Shown: piece by piece, positions 53,188 to 62,256 of the stretch
How the letters are laid out: the number at the start of each line of letters is the position of its first letter
How positions within the stretch are numbered: position 1 is the first letter of the stretch
DNA from: Candidatus Sulfomarinibacteraceae bacterium
Lineage (GTDB): Bacteria; Acidobacteriota; Thermoanaerobaculia; Thermoanaerobaculales; Sulfomarinibacteraceae
Direction: 5' to 3'
Assembly (NCBI GenBank): GCA_963741385.1
Contig: CAVUHO010000003.1
Coordinates: 134,833-198,832 of the forward strand
DNA length: 64,000 bases
The notes under the pieces: model-generated
What the model was told of the DNA's origin: nothing
Database searches by the model: none
What the model saw: the letters and a program-made list of their open reading frames with translations, nothing else
Translations under genes and position numbers: made by a program

Positions 53188-53981
53188 ACGAGTCCGCGAC
53201 GGTCCTCTTTCACCAGTGCGACGGTGACGGCGAACCGCTGCTGCTGCTCAACGGGATCGCCATGACGACGGCCTCGTGGCAGGCGGTGGCGCGGCCGCTG
53301 GCCAAACGATTCCAGGTCGTCCGCTGCGATTTCCGCGGCCAGTTGATGACCCCTGGCGCCCCGCCGGACGACGTTGCCCAGCACGCCGACGACGTGGCCG
53401 CCCTCCTCGACCACCTCGAGATCGACTCCGTTCACGTGGTGGGCACCTCTTTCGGCGGTGTCGTCGGGACCCTCTTCGCCGCCCGGTATGCCGACCGGAC
53501 CCGTTCGCTGATCACCATCGCGTCGGCCGATGGGTTTGACGACGTCATGGCGGACGAAGTGGTGCGATGGCGGCGGGGGTGTGCCGACTCACTTCGGGGC
53601 GGCGACCGCGGAGTGCTGTCCGACGTTCTCGAACCGGTGGTCTACTCCCCGGGGTGGGTGGCCGCGCACCGTGCAGAGCGTGCGCAGCGGCGTGCCCAGA
53701 TTGCGGCGCTCCCGGATGTGTGGTTCGAGGGATTGATCGGGCTCCTCGACTCGGCCCACTCGCTGCGACTTCGTGAGGAATTGGTTGCAGTTACGTGCCC
53801 GACCATGGTGGTGGCGGCGGCGCTCGACGGCTTCGTGCCGCTCGATCGCGCACGCGGCCTCGCCGCCGCCATCGCCGGCGCACGCTTCGAGATCATTCCC
53901 GAAGCCGGTCACGCCGTGGTGGTGGAGCAACCGCAGCGGATCGTCGAAATCTGCACCGGTTTTCTGGCCGGGTTGACCTGA
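53184..53981 (+). CDS. Alpha/beta hydrolase
   Basis: GTG at 53184 (GTGA overlap). LLLNGIAM, nucleophile elbow GTSFGG, and C-terminal AGHAVVVEQP. Confidence 0.8.
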   Translation: MNESATVLFHQCDGDGEPLLLLNGIAMTTASWQAVARPLAKRFQVVRCDFRGQLMTPGAPPDDVAQHADDVAALLDHLEIDSVHVVGTSFGGVVGTLFAARYADRTRSLITIASADGFDDVMADEVVRWRRGCADSLRGGDRGVLSDVLEPVVYSPGWVAAHRAERAQRRAQIAALPDVWFEGLIGLLDSAHSLRLREELVAVTCPTMVVAAALDGFVPLDRARGLAAAIAGARFEIIPEAGHAVVVEQPQRIVEICTGFLAGLT

Positions 53982-53993
53982 AGCCACGCTCCA

Positions 53994-54551
53994 GATCCCT
54001 CCGCTCGGTCGCTGCGCTCCCTCGGTCGGGATGACAGTGAGAGAGGACGTTCGCCCTTCGGTCCGGAAGTCGCTCTCAAAATGTCATTCCGACCGAGGGA
54101 GCGCCAACGACCCTCCCCAATGTCATTCCGACCGAGGAAGCGCCAACGACCGCTCCTCGTGTCATTCCGACCGAGGGAGCGCCAACGACCGCCCCTATGT
54201 CATTCCGACCGAGGGAGCGCCAACGACCGCCTCTCTTGTCATTCCGACCGAGGGAGCGCCAACGACCCTCCCCTATGTCATTCCGACCGCGGGAGAGCCC
54301 ACGACCCCTTCCCTGTGTCATTCCGACCGACGGAGCGCCAACGACAGCCCCTCTTGTCATTCCGACCGACGGAGCGCCAACGACCGCCTCTCTTGTCATT
54401 CCGACCGACGGAGAGCCAACGACCGCCTCTCTTGTCATTCCGACCGACGGAGAGCCAACGACACCCCTCTTGTCATTCCGACCGACGGAGAGCCAACGAC
54501 ACCCCCCTTGTCATTCCGACCGAGGGAGCGCAGCGACCGAGTGGAGGAATC
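53994..54551. repeat. Tandem array (12 copies, 38-40-bp period) bracketed by inverted 42-bp elements
   Basis: Units GTCATTCCGACCGAGGGAGCGCCAACGACC + 8-10 variable nt start at 54083, 54122, 54161, 54199, 54238, 54277, 54317, 54356, 54395, 54434, 54472 and 54510. 53994..54035 matches the reverse complement of 54510..54551 at 39 of 42 positions. Confidence 0.85.
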
Positions 54552-54687
54552 TCGGCGGATGAGCGAGCATGCTCCCGGGCCCCCTCATGGCAGCCGGGAC
54601 GGCTGCCTCACAAGGCGCCGGCGGCTTTGGAACACGCGTCCCCTGTGGCGCGGCTCCTTTGCCCCCGGAGGGCCGTTCTCTGCAATA

Positions 54688-55785
54688 ATGGCCGGCATGG
54701 TGTGGATCTGGTCCGAGGCGGGAGTGATCGGCGTGGCTGTGACGGCCGGCGCCGCGCTGTGGCACCTCGGACGATTGATGCCGCAACACCTCGATCCCGG
54801 CGTGTGCCTCGGTTGGTTGTTGATTGCCGCCGGGCAGGTGATCGGGACCCCAGCCATTGCGGGGGGACCACACGGGGTTGGTGGCGCGCTGGTCGTGGCC
54901 GGTCTGGTGTTGATCGGCATGTCACTGTCTTCCGCGCCGCACGGCGGGAGTTGGAGACGGGTCGGCGTGGTTCTGGCGGTGGCCTTGCCGCTCGTGATCG
55001 CGGCGGTCGTCCTGCCGACGGTGGCGTGGCGCGGCCTCTGGGGTGCGGCACTGTTGGTTGTCGCGGTGTGGCTCGGGCAACAGTGGGGTGAGCACCGCTC
55101 GCGGACGCTCTTCAGTCTGGGGATCGCGTTGCTGACGCTCGCAGCGACGGGTCTGATGGTCACATCCATCCGCCCGTCTCTCGGGTTGTTGTCGGAGGGA
55201 GTGGTTGGGGCGTTGATCTTCGTCGGGATGGTCGGTGTCGCGGCGGCGACGATTCTCGACCAGGCGACTGCAGAGGTGAGCTCGCTGCGCAGCAAGCTCG
55301 CAGATCTCGAGGAGGACCACGAACACCTGCTCCGACTTTCGGAGGCCGATCCACTCACCGGCTGCCCGACGCGACAGGCGCTGAGGGCGTGGTTCGAGCG
55401 GTGGGACGGCGGCGAGCCGGTGTCGGTGGTGTTGATCGATGTGGACAACCTCAAACGCATCAACGAGCGGCACGGCAGCGGAGCCGGCGACGAGGCCTTG
55501 CGCCTGGTGGCGGGCGTGTTGATGGGATCGATCCGGCCGGGTGATCTGGTCGTGCGCTGGGGTGGCGACGAGTTCGTGGTGGTGCTTCGTGGTGCCGACC
55601 ACGAAGCCGCAAAACGAAGGTTCACGGGGCTCATCGATACCCTTCAGGAATCGACCGGCGCCTTTCCCTACGAAGAGACGTTGCGGGTCGACTGGGGTGT
55701 CTCGTCGTGCTCGTTACCGTCGGACATCTCGCGTGCCCTGGCCGAGGCGGACGAGCGCATGTTCGCCATGAAGCGGCGGCGCTGA
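54688..55785 (+). CDS. Membrane-anchored diguanylate cyclase (GGDEF with RxxD I-site)
   Basis: ATG at 54688 (or 54697) in frame within ORF 54031..55785. About six hydrophobic segments, a coiled-coil linker and a GGDEF domain (DPLTGCPTRQAL...VVLIDVDNLKRIN...RPGDLVVRWGGDEFVVV). Confidence 0.8.
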   Translation: MAGMVWIWSEAGVIGVAVTAGAALWHLGRLMPQHLDPGVCLGWLLIAAGQVIGTPAIAGGPHGVGGALVVAGLVLIGMSLSSAPHGGSWRRVGVVLAVALPLVIAAVVLPTVAWRGLWGAALLVVAVWLGQQWGEHRSRTLFSLGIALLTLAATGLMVTSIRPSLGLLSEGVVGALIFVGMVGVAAATILDQATAEVSSLRSKLADLEEDHEHLLRLSEADPLTGCPTRQALRAWFERWDGGEPVSVVLIDVDNLKRINERHGSGAGDEALRLVAGVLMGSIRPGDLVVRWGGDEFVVVLRGADHEAAKRRFTGLIDTLQESTGAFPYEETLRVDWGVSSCSLPSDISRALAEADERMFAMKRRR

Positions 55786-55814
55786 GACCGCAGGCCGAAT
55801 CGCCGCGATTGCCT

Positions 55815-56009
55815 TTAACTTTTTGCCGGCGTCCGACGGGTCGAGAATCCGAACGGCAGATAGGCCGGGCACCACGAGATGAACGCCGTCGCCAGCGGGA
55901 TCAGACCGATGAGCCCGAACCAATTTTTGTAGTAGTAACCGGCGGCCAGGATGGCGACGCCGAGGACGCCCCGGATCACGCGGTCGGCGCTTCCCATGTT
56001 CTTTTTCAT
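55815..56009 (-). CDS. DUF2892 (YgaP-like) small membrane protein
   Basis: 64-aa ORF MKKNMGSADRVIRGVLGVAILAAGYY...GLIPLATAFISWCPAY. It shows the characteristic R..R...G and CP.Y pattern. Confidence 0.7.
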   Translation of the reverse strand: MKKNMGSADRVIRGVLGVAILAAGYYYKNWFGLIGLIPLATAFISWCPAYLPFGFSTRRTPAKS

Positions 56010-56251
56010 TTTCTTTCTCCTTTGGTAGCAGGTTTACCGGAAGAACCTGGTATGTGCAACACCCGCCGCTCACGGTCTATTCGCTGTCGCGGGCCCGGTG
56101 CGCCTGGGGTGAACTCTCCCTCGACGTGTCGCCTGGACGCGACGGGTCGAGATGAACCGAGGGGGGTCTGCCGGTGGCCCTCCTCACGTTGGGATCGTTC
56201 TTCAATCACGCCGGCGAATGAGAATCATCAGTTGCTTGTTACGATCATTCG

Positions 56252-56842
56252 GTGACTGGATCAAAGTCGGGAGCTGCCGCGGTGGTCACGGCCGACCGCA
56301 CGCTGGTCAATCGCTGCCTCAAGGGTGATGAGGAGGCGTGGGTGGAGCTGTGGACCCGCTACGGTCCGGTCGTCAAGGCGGTGGCGCGGCGGGTGGGCTG
56401 CGACACGGAGGAGGCGAGAGATGTCCTGCAGCGTGTGGCTCTGGTAGCGCTTCAGGGTCTGGACGGTCTGCGCGATCCGGAGAAACTCGGAGGGTGGCTT
56501 GCCGGAACGGCCCGCTACCAGGCGTATGAGGTCATCCGTCGCCGTCGCCCCACCGAACAGTTGTTTCCGGGATCCGCAGTGCACGATCCATCCCCGGAGG
56601 AATCCATACAGCGAGACCGCGATGTGGTGATTCTGCGGCGCGCGCTGTTGGATCTCGACGAACGCTGCCGCAGGCTGATTCAAAGCCTCGATCTCGAGGA
56701 CCCACCGGTCAGTTATCGCGACGTGGCAGAGGCCGAGGGTCTGACGCCGTCGTCCGTCGGGCCGATCCGGCGGCGGTGTTTGAACCGCTTGAGAAAAATC
56801 GTCGAAAAGCTGTCTTATCGCCGGCCCGGGGGACACACATAG
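56252..56842 (+). CDS. ECF-type (sigma-70 family group 4) sigma factor
   Basis: 196-aa ORF (GTG start). Region 2 (EEAWVELWTRYGPVVKAVARRV...ARDVLQRVALVAL...GWLAGTARYQAYEVIRRRR). Region 4 HTH (VSYRDVAEAEGLTPSSVGPIRRRCLNRLRKIV). Confidence 0.85.
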   Translation: MTGSKSGAAAVVTADRTLVNRCLKGDEEAWVELWTRYGPVVKAVARRVGCDTEEARDVLQRVALVALQGLDGLRDPEKLGGWLAGTARYQAYEVIRRRRPTEQLFPGSAVHDPSPEESIQRDRDVVILRRALLDLDERCRRLIQSLDLEDPPVSYRDVAEAEGLTPSSVGPIRRRCLNRLRKIVEKLSYRRPGGHT

Positions 56843-57457
56843 ATGAGGGATGAGATGAGTCACCTGGAATTCGATCGCCTTTTCGACCTGATGGGAGGAT
56901 CCGGCACCGCCGAAGAAGCCTCCCACCTGGCGGATTGCGATGTCTGCCGTCGTCAACTCGAGCTGTGGCGCACCCGGGTGGACGATCTCCGGGAGATCGA
57001 ATCCAGCGCGGTGGATATGGCCGAAATCCACAACCTGCGCGTGCTCTTTCGGGAGTTCGGGCCATCGCCCGCGGACCGGAGTTGGGTCGCGCGGCTCATC
57101 CGCAGTTCGCAACCGGTTGCCGCTGAGGCTGTTCGCGGCGGTCTGGCAGCCACCCTCGAAGCTTACGATGCCGGTCCCTATCAGATTGTCCTGCAGGTGA
57201 GTCCGTCGGAAGCGGAGGGTCGGTTCGACCTCCAGGGACAGGTGGCGGGCGACGGAAGCCGCGTCCCGGTAAGCACCCAAGTGGTCCTCACATCTGAACG
57301 TGGATTCGCCGACCGGGCGACGGTTGATGCCTTCGGAGAGTTCCGCATCGCCGGGGTGCCCGAGGGACCGTGTCGGTTGGTGTGGTACGGCGGCGGTGAG
57401 CGGATCGATCTCGATAGCCTGCGAATCGGGGAGTGCGATGACGACGACGGGAAATGA
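56843..57457 (+). CDS. Soluble anti-sigma-like protein (zf-HC2 motif) with a C-terminal beta-sandwich (carboxypeptidase-regulatory-like) segment
   Basis: The ATG immediately follows the sigma stop codon. It has an H-x3-C-x2-C motif (HLADCDVC) and no hydrophobic TM segment. C-terminal pattern DAFGEFRIAGVPEGPCRLV. Confidence 0.65.
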   Translation: MRDEMSHLEFDRLFDLMGGSGTAEEASHLADCDVCRRQLELWRTRVDDLREIESSAVDMAEIHNLRVLFREFGPSPADRSWVARLIRSSQPVAAEAVRGGLAATLEAYDAGPYQIVLQVSPSEAEGRFDLQGQVAGDGSRVPVSTQVVLTSERGFADRATVDAFGEFRIAGVPEGPCRLVWYGGGERIDLDSLRIGECDDDDGK

Positions 57458-60164
57458 GCCGTTGCCGCCGGAAATTCTTCGCACTCTGGCCGACGAGGGC
57501 GCGATCCGCGCGGGCGAGCACCTCGTGAGGTATGCCGAAAACATGGCGCGTTCGCGCCCCGGCGAGGCCCGGCGCTGGGGAGCGAGAATGGCCGGTTCGC
57601 ACTATGACGACACGATCGTCACCGGTTGCGCTCACTGGGCGGCAGGAGTCGCGATGTACCTTGCGGGAGATGTGGCTGCCGCAGAACCGGCTCTCCTCGA
57701 TGCCGCCCGGATGCTCAACGGGACCGACGACGGGAGTCTCGCCGACCGCGCAAGACTGTTGCTGATTGATCTCCACGGTGAGAAGTTCGAACTGGGTCGT
57801 GCGCGGCGGCTGGCTGAAAAACTGCATCGTAACTTCAGCGCGCGGGGCGACAGCGCTCGAGCGGCTGCGGTTCTCGCCAATCTCGCCGGCGCTGAGGACG
57901 CCGCCGACCGGGTGTCGCGCGCCCGTGCCCTGTGGCGCCGGGCGCGCCGCGGCCTCGAGGCGGGCTCTCTGCGGAGGTTGCTGACCGACGCCAATCTCGC
58001 CAATGTTGCGGCCCTCGAAGGCCACCTCCGCGATGCTGCCGACGGACTGGCAGCGGTGGCCGGCGAAGCGCGGCGGATGGACATGGACGGTCTTGCGGTC
58101 AAGGCCGAACTCAACCTCGCCGAGGTGGAGTTCTCTGCCGGAGATGTGGACTCGGCCTTCGCCCGTTGGGCACGGGTGCTGACCGAGGCCCACGATTCAG
58201 GCAACCGTGTCGCTGAAGTTGCCGCTGTGATCGATCTTGCAGCCGCCGAGGCCGGCGTCGGCGACATCAGTGGGGCGCGGAGGCGGCTCGAGGGTGCCCT
58301 CACCGGAGCGCGGGAACTCGGTCTCGATGTTGAGGCCGCCCGCGCTGCCCGTCTGCTCGCGACGCTCGAGGCGGCGGACGGCGTTGCGGGCTCGCTCGAG
58401 CGTGCGCAAGGCGATCTTCGCGGACCTGCATGGTCCGTGCAAAGGGATCTCCTGACGGTGGAGGTGGCGCAGCTCGACCCGAGCTGCGACCCCGGCCGGT
58501 TGTCCCGCGCGGCGCGCCGTCTGATCCGTGGCGGCCACCTGCAACGCGGCCGCCTCGGCCTTGCATGGGCCGCATCGCGGTGGCTCGATCGCGGCCAGAC
58601 GTCGCGGGCCCGCGGTTTGGCTCGCGAGGTTCTCGCAGCCCGCGGCCTTTCGCCGTGGATCCGGATGATTGCGAATCACGTGCTCGGCCGCCTCGGCGGG
58701 CCGCAGCAGATTCGTTACCTGCTGGCGGCGGCGTGGAACGCCGATAAGGTCCACGGCCGGCTCGCGGCCGCGGCTGATCGCCAGGCATTTCTGTCGAGAC
58801 GTGGAGAGGTCTACCTGGATCTCATGGGTGCGCTCATCGAACGCAACCGTCCGTCCGATCGGCGCCGGGCTCTAGGTATTGCGGACCGGGTTCGCACAGG
58901 GTGGCTTCTCGATGAATTGGCTCGCCGATCAGACCGCGGCGATGACGACGAAGTGCGGCGGTGGCAGGATCTCCGCTGTCGGCTGTCGGCTCTGCTGCAC
59001 GATGTCGAAGGCGCGGGCGAACCGCGTGTCCGCCGGTCGGGGCTCAAGCTCCACGGCGAGATCAGATCCCTGGAGCGGGATGTGCGGAGGGCCGAAACTG
59101 AACTCGCCCGCCGCTGGCCGGTGGCGTGGAATGGTGTCGAATTCTCGGCGGCCGATGAGCTCTTGAAGGTGCTCCCGGAGCGCGATTGCTTTGTCGAATA
59201 TCTGCTCGACCGGGAGAACCTCGTCGTGTTCCGGGTTCTGGGTGGTTCTCTGACGGTCGTGGTGGTGCCTGGCGGATCACTCGAACTTGCCGGCCTCCTG
59301 GCATCGGTGCAGTTTCATCTCGATGCCGCTACCTGGCTGGGCGACCGGTGGGGCGATGCCCAGAATGCCGCGCTTGACGACAGGCTGCGCCGGCTGGGAG
59401 AGATTCTGCTTGAACATGTGCCCCTGGATGGCGTTGACCGGTTGTGGATCGCACCGCACGCACGTCTTTTTCACGTGCCGTGGCCGGCTCTTCGCCACCC
59501 CCGGGGCGAGCGCCTGCTGGATGTGGTGCCGTTCACCCTGGTACCCGGTGCACGGGCCGCTGCCATGTTGCTCGGTGGAGCCGTTCGCCGTCCCAGATCG
59601 GCGGCCGTCGGTGGGGCGGTGGCGGCGAATTTGCCGCTGGTGGAAAAGGAGATGCGTGAGCTCTCCGAGATTGCCGGCGGCGAGAGCGTTGCAATTTCGA
59701 CGACGCGGGAGGGGTTTCTCGGTTTGATGCGGGAACACGAACTCGTCCACCTCGCCGGTCACGCGCTGTTTCTTGACGGCCTTCCATTCGCGTCGGGTCT
59801 GCGGATGAGCGACGGTTATGTGACGGTCCACGATCTCGCGGCCACCAGAATGGCGGCGCGCTTCGTGTCGTTCGGTGTGTGTTCGGGGCTGCGGCTAGGG
59901 CGTGATTCCGGCGACCGCTACGCGGGGTTCGTATTGGCGTTGATGAGCGGCGGCGTGCGGACCGTGGTCGGACCGGTCGGCCCGGTTCGCGATGACGTCG
60001 CGTATACGTTTGATATGGCTCTCCACCGCCGGCTGGCTGAGACCGGAGACCCGCAGTCAGCGTTCTTCGGCGCTGTCGCCGCGGTCCGTGAGCTCGATCC
60101 GCGGCCCGCCACCTGGGGGAGCTTCCACATGTGGGGCGATCCGCGCGCGTGGGGGATTGCATGA
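57438..60164 (+). CDS. TPR-like repeat plus CHAT (caspase-like) protease domain protein
   Basis: ATG at 57438 overlaps the anti-sigma 3' end. About 600 aa of Ala/Leu/Arg-rich helical repeats. C-terminal CHAT with LVHLAGHA (His) and FVSFGVCSG (Cys) dyad contexts. Confidence 0.8.
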   Translation: MTTTGNEPLPPEILRTLADEGAIRAGEHLVRYAENMARSRPGEARRWGARMAGSHYDDTIVTGCAHWAAGVAMYLAGDVAAAEPALLDAARMLNGTDDGSLADRARLLLIDLHGEKFELGRARRLAEKLHRNFSARGDSARAAAVLANLAGAEDAADRVSRARALWRRARRGLEAGSLRRLLTDANLANVAALEGHLRDAADGLAAVAGEARRMDMDGLAVKAELNLAEVEFSAGDVDSAFARWARVLTEAHDSGNRVAEVAAVIDLAAAEAGVGDISGARRRLEGALTGARELGLDVEAARAARLLATLEAADGVAGSLERAQGDLRGPAWSVQRDLLTVEVAQLDPSCDPGRLSRAARRLIRGGHLQRGRLGLAWAASRWLDRGQTSRARGLAREVLAARGLSPWIRMIANHVLGRLGGPQQIRYLLAAAWNADKVHGRLAAAADRQAFLSRRGEVYLDLMGALIERNRPSDRRRALGIADRVRTGWLLDELARRSDRGDDDEVRRWQDLRCRLSALLHDVEGAGEPRVRRSGLKLHGEIRSLERDVRRAETELARRWPVAWNGVEFSAADELLKVLPERDCFVEYLLDRENLVVFRVLGGSLTVVVVPGGSLELAGLLASVQFHLDAATWLGDRWGDAQNAALDDRLRRLGEILLEHVPLDGVDRLWIAPHARLFHVPWPALRHPRGERLLDVVPFTLVPGARAAAMLLGGAVRRPRSAAVGGAVAANLPLVEKEMRELSEIAGGESVAISTTREGFLGLMREHELVHLAGHALFLDGLPFASGLRMSDGYVTVHDLAATRMAARFVSFGVCSGLRLGRDSGDRYAGFVLALMSGGVRTVVGPVGPVRDDVAYTFDMALHRRLAETGDPQSAFFGAVAAVRELDPRPATWGSFHMWGDPRAWGIA

Positions 60165-62242
60165 GTCGGCGCCAAAGACTCGGGGCGGTGTTCGCGGCGA
60201 TAGCCGTACTGTTGGTCGTGGTCGGTGATCGGGCGGCCGCGGCAGAGCCCTCACTCGCTGACCGGGGCCGGACATCCACCATCCGCGGAATCGTGAAATC
60301 CGTCGATCCGCCGTTCGGTTTCGTGCTGGAAGACGGCACGGTCGTCGAGCTTGAGGCGGGCGCGCAGTGGGACGGCCTTCGCGGCGTCGCGGACCTGGTA
60401 CCGGGCGACAGCATCACGGTCATCGGGACATTGTTCGAAATCGGTGGACGTCCCGCGGTCAAGGCCGGTGGGGTGAGGGTCGCATCGCCGTCCGGTCGTG
60501 TTGTTCCCATCGGTTCGCCGGTGTGCATGCCGCCGCGTTTGACCCATTCCGGTGGCAGGAAGTCGTCCCGCGCCGCGCCCGCCAACCTGACGACGGCCAA
60601 GGGCGAGTTCGAGCTCCAGAAGGACGGTGATGGCGGAGGCGGCGAAAGTGACGACGACGGTGTGGATTTCGAGTCGACCGGTATCGTGACCGAGATCGTG
60701 CCGCCCGACAGTTTTGCCTTCAGCGATCAGCGCATCTATCGGGTGGACGGTCTGACTGAATTCGACGAGCCCATCGTCTCGTACTCGGGTCTTGCAGTGG
60801 GGCAGTACCTCGAGGTCAAGGCAGTGTACGAGGGTGGCAGTGTCTACCGCGCGGTCAAGATCGAGTTCGAAGGGGACGACGACGGGGGCCAGGGCTACCG
60901 GACTGTTGAAGGGACCGTCGCAGCCGTTTCGGCCGTGGAGATGACCCTGACGGATGACACCGTGCTGCTCTTCACAGCCACGACGCAGTTCAACGGCGAC
61001 ACCGACCGGCGCGAGGACCTTCAGGCGGGGTGGGAGGTCGAGGCCACGGCTCTCTTCAACGCATCCGCCCAGTTGTTGGCGCTCACGGTGCGAGCGGAGA
61101 ACCCGGCGCCGTCGACGACCGCGGACCAGGAGTACGAGCCGCACGAGGCCGTTCTCGTGCTGGTGGAAGGAGCCGACCCCCAGACCGTGGCATCGAGACA
61201 CGGCGGCGAAGTTTCGGGCCAGGTCTCGACCCTCGGTGCGCTCTTCAGATGGCAACGGGAAATTGACGATGATCTGCTGGCGCAGCTGGCTGCGGATCCG
61301 GACGTTTTGGCGGTGGAACCGAACTTCCTGTTCCGGGACCCCGAGTCGACCCGCCGGAGATTCGTGATCGTCGACCGGTCGCCTACCAGCGCCGAGTACA
61401 CCGGTCAGCAGGCTGCAATCAAGCACGGGGTCGCGAATGCCCACACCATCAGCCAGGGCGGCGGAACCGTGGTCGCCATCATGGACAACGGAGTGGACTA
61501 CTGCCACCCGCTGCTCCAGGGACACCTCCTGGCGGGCGGGATGGACCTCATCGATGGCGATCTGTTGCCGTGGGAAACAGCCGACGGAATCGACCAGGAC
61601 GGTGATGGCGAGACCGACGAGGCCGCCGGACACGGCACTTTTGTCGCCTCCGTGGTGGCGTTGGCGGCACCCGGGGCGCGGATCCTGCCGTACCGGGTCC
61701 TCGACGACGACGGCGGTGGTACCGCCTTCAACCTGGCGTTGGCCCTCGCCGATGCCATCGAGCGCGGTGTCGACGTCATCAACCTTTCGCTCGCCTACCG
61801 CGAACGGTCGGTAGTGGTGGACCTCCTGCTCGAGGAGGCCGCGAGACGGAAAATCGTGGTGGTGGCCGCTGCTGGCAACGACGCGTCCGCGACGCTGCCG
61901 TTCCCGGCCATCGACAGCCACGTGTTGGCGGTAACTGCTCTTCGGGCGGACGGTGGCGGGCTCGCGGACTTCGCCAACCGCGGCACCACGGTGGTCCTTG
62001 CGGCGATCGGAGAGGACGTCTATGGCGCGCTTTTCGGAGGCGAGTACGGCACTTCCTCGGGCACCTCGATGGCGGCGCCGTTCGCCGCAGCCGGAGCGGC
62101 CCTGGTCAAGAGCCTCGATCCCGGGGTCCCGCCGGACATCGTCCGCCAGCTGCTCCTCCAGTCCGGCGTGGTGATCGCTGACGGCGAGTGGAGCGGTTCT
62201 TCGCTCGATCTCGGTCGTGCCGCAGTCGCCGCTCAGCCCTGA
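60161..62242 (+). CDS. Secreted or anchored subtilisin-like S8 peptidase with three N-terminal OB-like (DUF5666-like) repeats and an I9-like propeptide
   Basis: ATGA overlap with the CHAT gene. Signal/anchor LGAVFAAIAVLLVVVG. Three repeats of about 70 aa (GIVKSVDPP.GFVLEDGTVV..., GIVTEIVPPDSFAFSDQRIY..., EGTVAAVSAVEMTLTDDTVL...). S8 triad contexts VAIMDNGVD, GHGTFVAS and GTSMAAP. Confidence 0.85.
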   Translation: MSRRQRLGAVFAAIAVLLVVVGDRAAAAEPSLADRGRTSTIRGIVKSVDPPFGFVLEDGTVVELEAGAQWDGLRGVADLVPGDSITVIGTLFEIGGRPAVKAGGVRVASPSGRVVPIGSPVCMPPRLTHSGGRKSSRAAPANLTTAKGEFELQKDGDGGGGESDDDGVDFESTGIVTEIVPPDSFAFSDQRIYRVDGLTEFDEPIVSYSGLAVGQYLEVKAVYEGGSVYRAVKIEFEGDDDGGQGYRTVEGTVAAVSAVEMTLTDDTVLLFTATTQFNGDTDRREDLQAGWEVEATALFNASAQLLALTVRAENPAPSTTADQEYEPHEAVLVLVEGADPQTVASRHGGEVSGQVSTLGALFRWQREIDDDLLAQLAADPDVLAVEPNFLFRDPESTRRRFVIVDRSPTSAEYTGQQAAIKHGVANAHTISQGGGTVVAIMDNGVDYCHPLLQGHLLAGGMDLIDGDLLPWETADGIDQDGDGETDEAAGHGTFVASVVALAAPGARILPYRVLDDDGGGTAFNLALALADAIERGVDVINLSLAYRERSVVVDLLLEEAARRKIVVVAAAGNDASATLPFPAIDSHVLAVTALRADGGGLADFANRGTTVVLAAIGEDVYGALFGGEYGTSSGTSMAAPFAAAGAALVKSLDPGVPPDIVRQLLLQSGVVIADGEWSGSSLDLGRAAVAAQP

Positions 62243-62256
62243 ACCCGTTTTGTCGA

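Noticed and set aside
54083-54551. Possible CRISPR array (regularly spaced repeats of about 30 bp)
   Set aside because: The total period is only 38-40 bp, so the variable segments are just 8-10 nt, far too short for spacers. The variable parts are also related to each other (CC.CTCTT variants). No cas genes are nearby. It was called a tandem repeat instead.
54031-54687. N-terminal 219 codons of ORF 54031..55785 as a repeat-containing extension of the GGDEF protein
   Set aside because: The DNA period varies (38, 39 or 40 bp), so the encoded repeat keeps changing frame. Several frames on both strands are open across the array, as expected for a stop-free DNA repeat. A good internal ATG at 54688 precedes the first TM segment.
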